From Neoconidiobolus thromboides FSU 785 (taxonomy: Eukaryota > Fungi > Entomophthoromycota), in NCBI GenBank assembly GCA_025603075.1, contig MU626344.1, positions 1 through 64,000 of the forward strand: a DNA stretch of 64,000 nt, read 5' to 3'. The notes beneath the pieces were generated by a model. The model was not told where the DNA came from and did not search any database. It saw only the letters and a list, made by a program, of their open reading frames with translations. This document shows positions 26,631-39,516 of this stretch, piece after piece. The translations under genes were made by a program, and so were the position numbers. Every line of letters begins with the position of its first letter. The stretch's first letter is position 1.

Positions 26631-27905
26631 TTATTTATTTGAATTATTAGAAGTAGATAAAAGCAAAGGGGAAGTTTCATCTATTGAATTATTATCTTCT
26701 AAATTATCTTTTTTTTTAAATATAATGTCTAATTGTTTAGCAAAAGATAAATTTATACTAGTATTTGTACTATTATAAGGAGGAGTGGTATCGCCTGCAG
26801 TTAAAATGACAAATTCATTATCACTATCATTATCGGTATTAATTATAGTATTGTTATCTAAAGATAAACCAGTTTGTTCTTTTGTTTTTGGACGAAAAGA
26901 CAATAAAGCTACCCCAAAACATAAAATTAAAGTACCAAATAAAACTAATAAAAAATTAGATATTGGTAATAAAGACCATTGATTATAATAAATTAACCCA
27001 TTAAATAAACAAGAAATATTATACAATATAAAATTAATAGGCATTAATATTAAGATATCACAATATTGCAACCCTCGATTTAAATAATATAATTGTAACA
27101 AAGCTGTAAATATTAGTAAAAATACAATTATCCATGCTAACGGTTGATCAAATTGATTCTGTTTGTTTATGAAAGTCAATACTAATAATTCAATCCCACT
27201 TTTAGCAAATAATATCCCTTGAGTTGATATTAAAATTGAACAAGCTCCATATAATAAACCAATAAGTAATTTATTATTAAATAAACTTAACTTTTTAAAT
27301 GGTAACTGTAAACTTAAATCATTATTATTATTACTAATATACTTCTTCAACTTATATTCATTGAAATGATTGAATATCAATAATCCAATAATTAATGCTT
27401 CCTGTAAACTGAAATAAACAATAAATGGTATTCTTTGATATAATATCATTAATTCTTCTAAACTACGTTCATGCTCAGGTATAATACCAAATAATCCTAT
27501 AATGATAGCCCCTATTAATATAATAAATGTGCCTAATAGAGTAATCCAAGATACTGGGTCACCTAATATAACAATAGCACAAAAAGTATTACAAATTAAA
27601 CCAAAAGCACCAATGGGAGCTAACAAAGTAACTGGTAAAGACCCAATAGAAAATATAGACCCTGTTAAACTACTTAATAAATATAATAAAAACCCAATTT
27701 TCCATAGATGTAAATTGAGAAATGTGAAAAGTTTAGATTTGAAAGTTACTGGATGGACAGTAACATGATTATTTAATTTAATTTGTTGTTTCACTAACTC
27801 TTGATTTAAAAAACTTTTTTTTTGTAATGTAAGACCTAAACTTGCTAATAAGGTAGCTACTAAGGTTACCGTTATACCCACTATTACTTCAACTAAAGAA
27901 CCCAT
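26631..27905 (-). CDS. NIPA-family magnesium transporter-like membrane protein (intronless)
   Basis: SLGLTLQKKS; LWKIGFLLYLL; LPVTLLAPIGAFGLICN; QLYYLNRGLQYCD; multiple TM helices. Confidence 0.88.
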   Translation of the reverse strand: MGSLVEVIVGITVTLVATLLASLGLTLQKKSFLNQELVKQQIKLNNHVTVHPVTFKSKLFTFLNLHLWKIGFLLYLLSSLTGSIFSIGSLPVTLLAPIGAFGLICNTFCAIVILGDPVSWITLLGTFIILIGAIIIGLFGIIPEHERSLEELMILYQRIPFIVYFSLQEALIIGLLIFNHFNEYKLKKYISNNNNDLSLQLPFKKLSLFNNKLLIGLLYGACSILISTQGILFAKSGIELLVLTFINKQNQFDQPLAWIIVFLLIFTALLQLYYLNRGLQYCDILILMPINFILYNISCLFNGLIYYNQWSLLPISNFLLVLFGTLILCFGVALLSFRPKTKEQTGLSLDNNTIINTDNDSDNEFVILTAGDTTPPYNSTNTSINLSFAKQLDIIFKKKDNLEDNNSIDETSPLLLSTSNNSNK

Positions 27906-29695
27906 GACTTCCTATGAATTGTGGCGTTTTGAAGTTTATAAAAAGATTAAGGGAAGATATAGGGAGAGTTGGTTATTAAAATCTAATTAAAATGGCAAGT
28001 ATTGAATTTTTATCAGCTTGAATCAAAGCTGGAAAGTTTATAGAAATAAAAAAAGTATACAAAATTAAAATATAATAATGAAAAAAATATATAAATAAAC
28101 AAGGCTAACTTTTTCTAATTTCAATTAATTTCTCCTCCTCATTTTTTTAACTGATCAGTCCATTTTTATTTTCATTATTAGTGTTACAGTTAATACAATT
28201 CTTTTGTAAAAACTTTAGTTGATCATTTATTAATAAATTCTATGCTAAAATTTAGTCAAAATTTAAACATTAGGCTTTAAACGAATTAATTAAGCAGTTA
28301 ACTTTACTGTAAAAATCAACACAAATTATTTCGTAAAAGAACTGGAATGATCATACTTATAGTCCTTCTTTATTGGCTTAAATCAATTCCCTTTTTCATT
28401 GCTAATTTGTAATTCTTATCATTTTTTCCGCTTAAACTTTAACTTTTATTATGCTTTCCCTTCCTTGGCTTACTCATTTTATTCTAGAAAATATTAAAAT
28501 GATTAGTTAGATTAATAAAATTATAATTTTGTTAAAAATAATTCAAGTTAAAGTTGGTACTGAGTTAATTATTAAAGATAAAAAGTTGGAACACTAATGC
28601 TTATTTTATATAAGAGTTAATAAATTAATATTATTACTTTAAAATAAAAAAATTATTTTCATTTATACATTAAAGATTATTAAAATTCAAATTCGTAGTA
28701 AACATTCTAAAAAAAGTCAAAATAATAAAATATTAATAAACTCTGCCATTTTTGCTTGATTTTAATTCCAAGTTTGATAGTTTAATTAGTGCCAAAATAA
28801 TTAAAAATAAAATAAAATAAAACGTAAACAGCTTGATTTTAAATAACAATTCCTTTTTTAATTTGATAATCTTGCAATTAACTTGAGAATCTAAATAAGA
28901 AAGCCAAAACCAAACTAATAAAATGCGATTTCCATCATTAAAAATGTTATATGAAATTATCACCTGTCAGCCAAATTAATAATAAAATACATTTGAACTG
29001 ATATTTACTTTTTTAACAATAATTCTGAATCATTTAAATATTTAAATGACCTTAATATTATATAATAAAATAAAAGGTACATGAGGTTTGAGTAGAAGAT
29101 TTGAAAATTTAAATGAAAGAGGATTTCATTTTAAATATTTAATAAAAGAATAAGCTAGTAATTAAATTAAAAGTATAAATGCAAAGGTTTTATTACCTAT
29201 TTTTTAAAAGAGACATTATAAAAAAACTATAATAATATAAATAAATCAGCTTATGATTAATAAAGTTAATAAAGTTAGTAAAGAATTTGGAAAATTAAAA
29301 AAAGTAAAAAGCTTTGTTATATCAAACCCTAATTTTATATGCTGCTATAAAATATTGTTTTATTAGCTTTATAATTGATTATATTGTAATGATTACTTAT
29401 ATTAATTAAAAGAGTAATTGTATTTCTATGATTAAATTAACTATAATTTGTATAATAAATTTAATGACTTTGATAATTTTGATAAAATTTAATACTTTTT
29501 TAATTTGTATAATTAATTCAACATTTTTATACTAAATAATTTAAAATATAAGATTGGGAAATTGTATTATTAATCAACTAAAATGACATTTTATATTAAT
29601 ATACTATTGATTTTTAACTAGTTGAAACTATTATAAGTTCTGAAAGATAAAGAATATAAGAATGATGAATTTTTATTATAGTTATTAAATATAAA

Positions 29696-29802
29696 TATTG
29701 GGGATGTATTTTTGTATTTAAGAATTTTACTAACAATTTTTCCGTTCAGATAGTGCTTAAAAGATGGAAAAAGTAATGAAGCTAAAAAAAACATCCCCAT
29801 TA
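29696..29802 (+). mobile_element. MITE copy 11
   Basis: GGGGATGT...ACATCCCC termini; flanks imperfect (TATT/ATTA). Confidence 0.88.
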
Positions 29803-29943
29803 ATAATAATCTCAAGTTAAAAAAATTAAAAATTAATTTATATTTAAACTTTTATAAACTGAATTTTCAACTTTAAAATTTTAAACATCCAAAAAAAGTA
29901 ATCACTTAAAGATAAACTGTTTTAGATGTAAAATATACAACTT

Positions 29944-30050
29944 AAATGGAGATGTATTTTGGTATTTAAGGGTCTTACTAATAACCTTTTCACTAAAATA
30001 ATACTTAAAAGATGGAAAAAGTAATGAGCCCAAAAAAAACATCCCCAAAT
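29944..30050 (+). mobile_element. MITE copy 12
   Basis: 99-bp body flanked by AAAT/AAAT. Confidence 0.88.
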
Positions 30051-30279
30051 ATTGTTTATATATTTGACTAAATACTAAATATTAATGCTTAGCTAATAAT
30101 ATATTTAATTTAATATATTTGAATAACTATATTACATAATGATGTTTTTGTTTTAAAAGTTCTACTGTGATTTATTGTTATATTTTATACTATTAAAAAA
30201 TAAGCAGTAAAAAAAACATTTTTATACCTAATTTAGTTTAAAAGCTTAGTGATTTCTATTTAATTAGATTTTAGCAAAA

Positions 30280-30313
30280 ACTGTGAATTGAGCACTGTGA
30301 ATTGAGCACTGTG
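30280..30313. repeat. Short tandem repeat, 14-bp unit ACTGTGAATTGAGC x2.4
   Basis: Read directly from the sequence. Confidence 0.85.
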
Positions 30314-30882
30314 CTACAAAAAATTACTTTTTGCTTAATTTTAAAACAACTCCTTTCCTCCATGTTGGGACGTTTTTCAATATTTGAAGATTTTACCAAA
30401 ATTATGCTACATAGAAAGTAAAAAAATTAAAATGGAAAATTTTATCTTTGATTTTAACCAAGCTTTTAAACTTATTCGCATATGTATAAATATATACATT
30501 TTAAAAAGCTATTGTTAGTTAAAAAGATTTTGAAGTAAAAATATAACTTTTTATTGTTTTATAAAGAAAATTGATAAAGAATCTAAAAAACAAGTAAACT
30601 CTAAGAACTTAAAATTAGTCAAAGTGATATTAGCTTCAACAATGCTTATAACCAAAATTAAGCAAAATCTAAGAGTAGACTGTAAAACTAATTTACAAAT
30701 TAAACATAATAGAGTTGATTTTTGTTACAAAGAATAAAAAGTATGTAAATCAATAATTGTGTAAGGTTTATATGTTTTTTAGAAAATTGCTAATAATTAT
30801 ATAATGTTATTTCTATTTATTTAATTTCAACTATAATTACTATTAAAACAATTATGTTAGCTTTACCAATTTTCAAAGTACT

Positions 30883-30986
30883 ATATGAGTGTATTTTTTT
30901 AGTTTCATCACTTTTTCTATCTTTTGAGCACTGTTTAAGTGGAAAGCTTGTTAGTAAAATTCAAACGAAAAAATGCATCCCCATAT
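30883..30986 (-). mobile_element. MITE copy 13
   Basis: ATAT/ATAT flanks; reverse-complement match to consensus. Confidence 0.85.
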
Positions 30987-31172
30987 ATCTGTATTGTAAG
31001 AATCCTGTAGTGCAAATAAATTTAAAAAAATTGATTTGAATGAAAGCTATAGCACTAGTTTGAGTGAGTAAAAGACGCTCTTGTAAATACTATCAATTTA
31101 TTATATTATTATTGATAAAAACTTAAGAATGTGCCCTTTTATCTTTTCCACTATATAATTATTAGTAGTTTA

Positions 31173-31246
31173 ACATGGGGATGTTTTCGGATCGATAGGG
31201 CTTAAGTACAGAAAAATTAACAAAACCAAAAAAGATACTCGCATTT
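31173..31246 (+). mobile_element. MITE copy 14, internally deleted (about 30 bp missing)
   Basis: GGGGATGTTTT...GATAGGGCTTAA...AAAACCAAAAAAGATACTCGC. Confidence 0.65.
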
Positions 31247-31254
31247 GGTTTATT

Positions 31255-31473
31255 TTGTCTCTCATTAACGCCTTTAATATCTACATTTCAAAAGAACTTT
31301 GTATTGATGCTACATTTAACACTGGCAGTTTCAAACTCAAGGTTGATCCAAAAAGTACAGATAAAGCTTATGTTATCTTAGTTTTAATTCTTGTTGATAA
31401 ATTTATATATAAAAATATAACTATTCTACTAAATGCTCAGTTCAATAATAAGAATTCACTCTGTTCTGAATAA
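31255..31473 (+). pseudogene. Possible Mutator/MULE transposase fragment
   Basis: KELCIDATFNTGSFKL resembles the MULE first catalytic-Asp motif (hhDxTy/fxTN); the rest aligns poorly. Confidence 0.25.
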
Positions 31474-32719
31474 CGTATTATCTTGAACTACAATTTAATA
31501 TTAATAGATTAGCATATCCACTAAAGGCCGAGACTTTTAAAAAAAATAGTTATCAATGGTTATAAACTAGCGTAAAGTAGTATAATATATACGTATTGGA
31601 AAATATTTACCAATATATCATATTGATATTACTGCATTATTAGGCTATGAATTTATTATGTTATTATTATATACTTTGATGGATTTATAGCATTAGATTA
31701 AGTGATAATCTTTTTATGCTATAGCTAATGAAGTGATATGAGAATATCTTTTTTGATTTCATTTAATTGATAGTTCTCATTGAGTAAAAGATTAGAAATA
31801 ATAGATAGATATTAAAATAAAAAGACATATCAGCAAATGCTCAAAAATACAATATTGACTTTTATATCTTTCATTTAGTTAGTCAACTTATTGAAGCTAG
31901 TTAGCAGAGCATATGCATAATACTACAACTTCTTTAAATTTGAAGCCCTAATATATATATATTTAATAAAAATAATATAAAATTAAATGAATAAAAAAAA
32001 TTGAAATAAATAAAAAATCATGTTATAACTTTTATGCTTGAATTTTCAAATGAGTCAAATCAAGTAAAAATGTTAAACAGAATTAAAGAATCTTAATTTA
32101 GGAATAAAGTTAATTTGTGGTAAAATAAGCAGATAGACAAATCAAGTGAATAATCAGGTGAGAAGTCGTTTGACAAAAATAATGGCAAACCTGGTAAATT
32201 TTGAATCTGTTTTTTAAACTTAGATTTACTATTTTTAAGGGTTTTCTAATCGTTAAGGGTCTTTTAGAATAAGATTGAATATTCATACTACCACCTATCT
32301 GTATATTTTATTTTAATATTTTTCAATTTTCAATTTGGTTTTTGTTATGATTTTAAATATTAACTCAATATAAAGTTTATTCAGAATTCTCTTATCTATT
32401 TAATTATAATTCAAGTTTGTACTATCTTAGCTAATAAGTACTATGTTCTAATTTTGCTGCAGTGCAATATTCTGTAGTTAAGAATAAATAGGTTTTTCAG
32501 TCACATTTTAAAAAACAGATTGAATGTTTTAATAATTAATTTCCTGGTCACATTTTATCATTTCTTATCCACTTTGACATGCTATCTCTATTTATAGTTA
32601 ATCTAAGGCACTCTACATATTAATTCAAATAGAAATAGGCAATTTATACTTTGCTTCTAAACTAGCTTGAATTTAGTATAAAATGACTGTGAAGGGACGC
32701 TGAATAAAAAACAAAAAAA

Positions 32720-34333
32720 ATGAGTGAAAAAGTAGGTGCTGAACTTTCATTAACTGAAAGAGAATTAGAATTATTAGAGCAAGAACGTATTATCAATGCC
32801 GAGTTAGATGCCAAACTCCAAGCTAACCACGATAAATTTCCAAAAGCTGTCTATTTTATTGTACCAAATGAATTGTGTGAACGTTTCTGTTATTATGGTA
32901 TTAAAAACTTATTAAACAAATATTTACAAAATGTTTACGGTTATACTCCTTCTTACGCTAAAGCTCAAGCCTCTTTATTTAATGCTTTGGTATATATTTT
33001 CCCTCTTGTTGGTGCTGCTATGTCTGATTCTTTCTTAGGAAAATATCATACTATTGTTTATATGTCTTTCCTTTATTTAGCAGGAAATGTCTTAATGTCT
33101 GTTTTGTCAATTAATAATCTTATTGCTAAGCATGGTGAATTACCATATTGGTCCTATATTGTACCTGCTATATTCATTGCTATTGGTTCAGGTGGTATCA
33201 AACCATGTGTATCTTCTCACGGTGGTGATCAATTTTTACCAACTCAAACAGTTTTACTTGATAAATTCTTTGGTCTTTTCTACGTTGCTATTAATGTTGG
33301 TGCTTTAGTTGCTCAATATCTTACACCTTACTTAAAAGAATATGTTAAATGCTTTGGTGCAGAATGTTATTTCCTTGCTTTTGGTATCCCAACCATTGCT
33401 TTCGCTGTCGCCTTAGCATTATTTATTTTTGGTTTCCGTTATTATCGTATTGTTCCACCAACAGGTAGATTCATGCCTTGGGTTGCCCTCAAAACTGCAG
33501 TAACTGCAGGAAGACGTTATTACGCTGCATCTGCTGAAGAAAGAAGAAGTAAAGGTCATTGGTTAAATTTCTCAGCCGACCTTTATGGTGCTGAAATGGT
33601 CGAAGAAACTAGATTATTCGGAAAAGTATCTGCTATGATCTTACCTATCTCCTTTTTCTGGTTATTATATGATCAAAATACTACTGAATGGCAAAACAAT
33701 TACGACATGATGAACCAAAAATTCTTATGGTTTATTCCATTGCCAACTGAAGCTTCTTCAAACATTAACTCTATCTTAATTATTGTTTTCGTCCCATTGT
33801 TGTCCTACTATGTTTATCCATTCTTAGAAAAAAGAGGAATTAGAATGCCACTTTTAACTCGTATGGTCTGGGGTTGGTTTGTTATGATCCTTACTTTTAT
33901 ATTATCCACTTGTCTCCAATATTATGTCGAAGCTAATTCTGGATCTCAAATTCTGGATGGAAATAAAGTTGTATCATGCGACCAATGTACTAATGGTACT
34001 ATTCAACTTCCTCAATATATCCTTTTATCATTAGGTGAGGCTATGGTATCTCCAATTGGCCTTCAATTTGCTTATACCCAAGTAGGTAGACAGATGAAGT
34101 CTTCTTCCTCTTCTATTTTCTTACTTACTTCAGCTATTGGTAATTATTGTGTACTTGGATTAGAAATTGGTATGGAAAATCTCGCAGGTACTACTAAAAT
34201 GTGGGTGTACATTGCCGTTTCTACTTTCTTCTTTATCATTTTTGTTCTCATGGCTAAATTCTGGTACATATCAAAAGAAGAAGAAGAAGCTGCTAAAGAA
34301 GCTTCACAAGAAACCCAAGATTTGAAGAACTAA
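32720..34333 (+). CDS. POT/PTR2 oligopeptide transporter, paralogue 3 (intronless, 537 aa)
   Basis: NELCERFCYYG; GSGGIKPCVSSHGGDQF; same length as paralogue 2 and collinear with it. Confidence 0.96.
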   Translation: MSEKVGAELSLTERELELLEQERIINAELDAKLQANHDKFPKAVYFIVPNELCERFCYYGIKNLLNKYLQNVYGYTPSYAKAQASLFNALVYIFPLVGAAMSDSFLGKYHTIVYMSFLYLAGNVLMSVLSINNLIAKHGELPYWSYIVPAIFIAIGSGGIKPCVSSHGGDQFLPTQTVLLDKFFGLFYVAINVGALVAQYLTPYLKEYVKCFGAECYFLAFGIPTIAFAVALALFIFGFRYYRIVPPTGRFMPWVALKTAVTAGRRYYAASAEERRSKGHWLNFSADLYGAEMVEETRLFGKVSAMILPISFFWLLYDQNTTEWQNNYDMMNQKFLWFIPLPTEASSNINSILIIVFVPLLSYYVYPFLEKRGIRMPLLTRMVWGWFVMILTFILSTCLQYYVEANSGSQILDGNKVVSCDQCTNGTIQLPQYILLSLGEAMVSPIGLQFAYTQVGRQMKSSSSSIFLLTSAIGNYCVLGLEIGMENLAGTTKMWVYIAVSTFFFIIFVLMAKFWYISKEEEEAAKEASQETQDLKN

Positions 34334-34787
34334 TTAATACTAAGTTAAGATATTTAATTTCCTAACCCTTTTTTAATATCAATGATATTTCTTTTTAATA
34401 AAAATTTTATTTTTCTAATTTTATAAGTTAAGATATTTAAAATCTTTAATATTTTGTAAACAAAATAAATATTATTAACTATTATTTTTATTGACAATAT
34501 CGTCTTATTCTAAAAATATATTTAGGAAACTCAAAGTAGTGGATCTTAATCTTAGGTAGAAAGTTAGATATTAAAGATAACAACTCTATAGATGAAAATC
34601 CCAACAACAGGGAAACAGATTCAAACTTTTTTGACTTCTTTTAGAGTAAATGCTCATGTTACTAAAATAAATTCTTGCTAATCAAGCTTTGATTTGAAGA
34701 ATAAAACGTTAAAACAAGCTACCGAAAAACTTTGCAATAAATGCCAGAATATAGGGTGAATCTTTTATGCTATTGTAGAAACAAACT

Positions 34788-34820
34788 AAGTGATAATACA
34801 AGTGATAATACAAGTGATAA
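34788..34820. repeat. Short tandem repeat, 12-bp unit AAGTGATAATAC x2.7
   Basis: Read directly from the sequence. Confidence 0.85.
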
Positions 34821-35239
34821 AATCTATATTTGGCTATCCATTTATAAATAATATTTTTGTAACACTTTCAAATTGAAGTAAAATCTATTCAGATACAAAG
34901 TATTGCTCTTGAAATATAAAAATACAAAAACTAAATCTTATATAAAAATGTAGAATAGTTTCGATTTAAAATAGAGGAGTAATATGTTCAAGATATAATC
35001 CTTCATATAAAGAGGTAACAATGACATATACAAAGTAATGGAGCTGCCTATTTATGAAAAATTATTGAGAATATGAATATGAGTATGAATAGGAATTTTG
35101 AAAAGTCTATTCTTAGAAAAGTATGAAAATACAATGCTTTACTTTAGTTATTGTATGCTCTTAATACATATAAATGATATGAACAAAATAATCCATAAAA
35201 TATATTGATCAATTACAAGCTTTATTTTATAACATCACA

Positions 35240-35346
35240 AAATGGGGGTGTTTTTTTTGGCTTCATTATTTTTTCCATCTTTTAAGTGCTATTTGAGAGG
35301 AAAAATTATTAGCAAAATTCTTAAACATAGAAATACATCCTCAAAT
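35240..35346 (-). mobile_element. MITE copy 15
   Basis: 99-bp body flanked by AAAT/AAAT. Confidence 0.9.
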
Positions 35347-35936
35347 ATTAGCTATAATTAAAATAAACAATGATAAAAATTCAAAAATAGTTTATTTAAT
35401 ATTAATATATTTTAATTGTGGTGCTTATATTAGATATGATTTATATCCACTAAGCTGATCCAGGATTTTTTCTTTATATTTGAATTATAATTGGATTCTT
35501 ATGCTTTATATCTTATACTCATAATTAGCTATCAATTTTTGCTTTTTTATAAGAGTATAAATAATAGAAGCTTTTGTATATAAAATTTAAGTATTGTGAT
35601 TTTCATGACTTTTTTTAGTTTAAAGTTGGAGTATAAAATTTATTAATAACAACTAAAATATGATTAATACAAGCGAATAAGCGTAAAGATGGATTAATAA
35701 AAAGGTTGGAACATACATATATTGATGTTTTTGTTGCCGTTGGTACTAAAAGTGTTTAACTTTCAATTAAAAAAAGGCGTTTTTATTTTTAGACGTGAAA
35801 ATGATAGTCACTTTAAAAGACACATAGCATTTCAAATTTTTTCTTGACTTCTATCAAAATCACAAAAAGTATAATAGAAAAAATAATAATCGATTTTAGT
35901 TTCATTCTAATTGTGAAGTTAATTATATATTTTTAT

Positions 35937-38900
35937 TTACTCGTAATACTGATTCTTAACTGAAAGTAATGCATCTTTAAGATTCTTCTCTCTCAATCCT
36001 TTAATTGTACACCAATCGATAAGCTCATTTAACTAAATTAAAGCAAATTAAAAAGATAAGTGTAAAAAGCAATAAACTTACTTCGCTTTCCGTAGAATAA
36101 AACCCCCAGTTAACCCCACCTTCAATTTTTTCGCGATATTTATTTAGATGTTTACCAGTTATTGAATTAAGGGTTTTGTTATTAAAAGTTCTTTCTACAA
36201 CAATTTTGACTTTTTCATTTTCTTCTGTTTTTCCAAATAAATGATTGCTGATTAGATAATATTTATTAAAAAATCGATCTTCTCCAATCGGTAAATACCT
36301 TAATTTACTCTTCTTTTTTCTCATATTGTTATTAAGTGTTTCAATCTTAAAATATGTCAATTAAAAATAAGTATATCAGTTATATAATTTCTTACTCTTT
36401 TTTCTTCTTTGATAAAAGCTGATTTCAGCTTTGATAATTTATTTTCCTCTTTTTGGATATCTAATTTTATCTTTTGTGCTTCCTTCCTTTTGTTTGGAAA
36501 ACTTTTTTTAGAATCATCATCTTTTGAGGAGGAATCGTTATCAGAATCGTACAAATTAGAGTAATTTTTTTCCTTATTCTTTATTATCACTTCTAATGCT
36601 TTAATTTCTTCTTCATGCTGTTTCATGACTTTTTGAAGTTCTATCTTTTCTTTTCTATCACTACTTATTTCATCTATACAACCTTCATGATATTCTCTAA
36701 AGGTTTGTCATTAGCGTTCTATTGTATTAACCATCAAAATCCTTTTACCTAAACTTTGTAGTTCCAATTGCACTTTCAATTAAAAATTTTATTAACTGAA
36801 CTTTATGCTTTAATCCTAGTCCGAAGACATACTCTTTAATTTTGGGCTCCATAATTTTTTTTCTACTTTGAATTAAAACTTCGTCCCCTATTCCATCAGC
36901 TTCTATGCTAGTGAGTGATGACAATGAGGATGTATCTTCATTTTTATCTTTCTTACTTTTCTTATTTTTAATATCATGCTTTTCTTTGGCTTCAATTTCT
37001 TTCAAATGTTTTTTTTTAATTGCTACAATTTCATTGATATATTCTTTTCCAAATGGTAGTGTTTCTTTACAATATAGCTAATAGAGATTTAAAAAATCAA
37101 CTTAGAATAATGAAAACACTTACTTCAAATATTGCTCCTGTTAAAACACAAGCCCATTCATTTGATGCAATTGGGGCTCTAGCATTACGCCAATCACCGA
37201 TATCTTTTAAAGATAATTTATTATTAGGGTCTGTAACATCATTTATACCTTCTGGTATCCATAACTCAATTAGTTCATCGCTTTCAATTAACATACATTC
37301 CAACAATTTACTAATTAATCTCTCATATGGAAATTTATTAGTAGTAGAATTAAAATATCTTGAAATCCCTCTCCCATTTCTTGGCTGAACAATGTCGTCT
37401 TTGGTTACTTCACTTAATCTTTGCTCTATATCTATTAATGGTATTATTGGTATGTCTAATAAATTACTTTTACATTATTAGTTCGCTATCTAATTAATAA
37501 AACTATATCAATTTACTTGAAAGTTGAAATAAATGACCAAATTAAAAATATATCAGCAAAATCAATATCATTAGATATTTTGAAAGATGTGATCAAAGGA
37601 CGAGGATGATTAATAAGTTTGTGATCAATGTCTAAGTCCTCGATAGGGTATCTAACATATACCAGCTTTTCTAAAAAATATAAGTACATTTTACATCATA
37701 ATATTTAAATATAATTTAACTACCTTTTACTTCTTCATTTGTAGTTAAGTCGATGACAACTTTAATATCATCAATTTTAGTCTTATTATTAATAGCATTC
37801 ATATTGTTAAGTAGTTGAGATTTCAATTCATTCTTTTCTTTTTCCTTCTTACAATTTTCAACTTGAGTGTTATAGCCTTCTATTATTTTATTAATTGCTC
37901 GATTTTTTATTTTCCTATCTCCATTATCATTCAATATTATTTGATGCGTCAAAACATAGTTATAAGCTTCATTTATTTTTTCTTCAACATTATACTTATT
38001 AATCAAGTTTTGAATCCCTTCACCATTTTCTATTTCTCTTTTTCCATTTTGATTTAGAATATTCTAAAAGAGTGAATGAATAAATAAACATTTTTAAATG
38101 AATTTACCCTTTCTTCTTTCGCTGTATACGGTATTTCAATAACTATGTTGTTTTGAGTAGGAATTCCAAACTTTTCATATTTCTTAGTATCATAATGTAA
38201 TAAATTGAGAATATTTAATTTTTCTCTGTCATTTATAATTTAGGCTTACTTTTAGCAATTTATGACTGTTACTTTCTTTCGTCTTCTTTAGCCATTTTAA
38301 AACCAATAATTTTAGCCTCATCTTTTTAATATTCCCTAATTCACCATGATGGCTAAAAAATCAGCATAAATGATATTAGTATTGTGTAAATTACATTATT
38401 CTATTTGATCCGACTTCAACTATTGAATTTTCGTTTCCTCCCATTATCCTTATTTTGTAATTAATAATTTCTTCATTTTTTTCCTTTTCTCCTGTTTTTT
38501 CGATAATGTAACCAGGAATAAAACTAAATTTAAAAAGTTAATTTAAAACAAGGATAATAAATAATAATTTTTTCTTACAATGTTTTATCTTTGGGACGAA
38601 AAAGTACCAATTCATTTTTAAAAAAAGTTTTGGCCAATTGTATGGCCACTTTTTCTTGAAGCTGACTTTTTTCTTTTGAATCTTTTATTTTTTCAATAAA
38701 CATATGCTAATAGTAAAATTACAATAATGATTACCTAAATATGTTTTATTGTCAATAAGCTTTAAAATTTCCTGACGCAATTCTAAACCGAGCCTTCTAA
38801 TAACAAGTTCCTCTACGTATTTCTCATTGAGTAAAGCTTCTTCATACTTAAGGTTATCTTTTCCAGTTAATTCACATTCCCAAATATTAGCACTATATAA

Positions 38901-39110
38901 ATTCCATTTATAGCTATAATCTCTAATAGTTTTGTATTATATTAGAACCCAATATTATTATAAAAGTTGTTATTACCTGTAATTATCAAATATTTCCCCT
39001 GTTAATTTATTAAAAAAGAAAGGAACATTTTTCAATTCTTGAATTTCTTTTTTACTTAAATTAACATATCTTGGCTGCCTTAAAAACTGACGATTATTAT
39101 ACAAAGGCAT
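35937..39110 (-). CDS. ISWI-complex subunit of the Itc1/ACF1 type (WAC...WHIM/WSD), many exons; 3' end approximate
   Basis: N-terminal WAC: MPLYN..FINKLTGEIFDNY..IWECELTGKDNLKYEEAL; C-terminal WSD: LPIGEDRFFNKYY and WGFYSTESE|LNELIDWC.IKGLREKNLKDAL. Confidence 0.8.
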
Positions 39111-39516
39111 TTTACTTTTTTAAAAAGAAAGAAGTATTTGATTTAAAACTTTTCGATTTTAAAGGTAAGCTTTTTCCCATCCACCAATCATTCCAAATTT
39201 AAAAGTGATTTCCTATTTTTAGTAAGTTTTTATTATATTACGCTTCAAGCCTATCATATACATATATTTCATTTCTTTATCGAATGGTATACTACACTTC
39301 AGAATAAAAAGTATAGTGGTTTATATTCACTACTTTGTTTACACTATCATTACAATAAAATTTAGAAAAATCAATATTATCTTTTAAACTTTTTATTCAT
39401 TTTGATGCTAAAATACAACTAAATCTGGGCTATTAGTCAAAAACAATTGATTACATTCTATAAATAGTTGGACAATAATTTTTATTTAGTATACCAGCTC
39501 TCTACTATAGTTCTAT

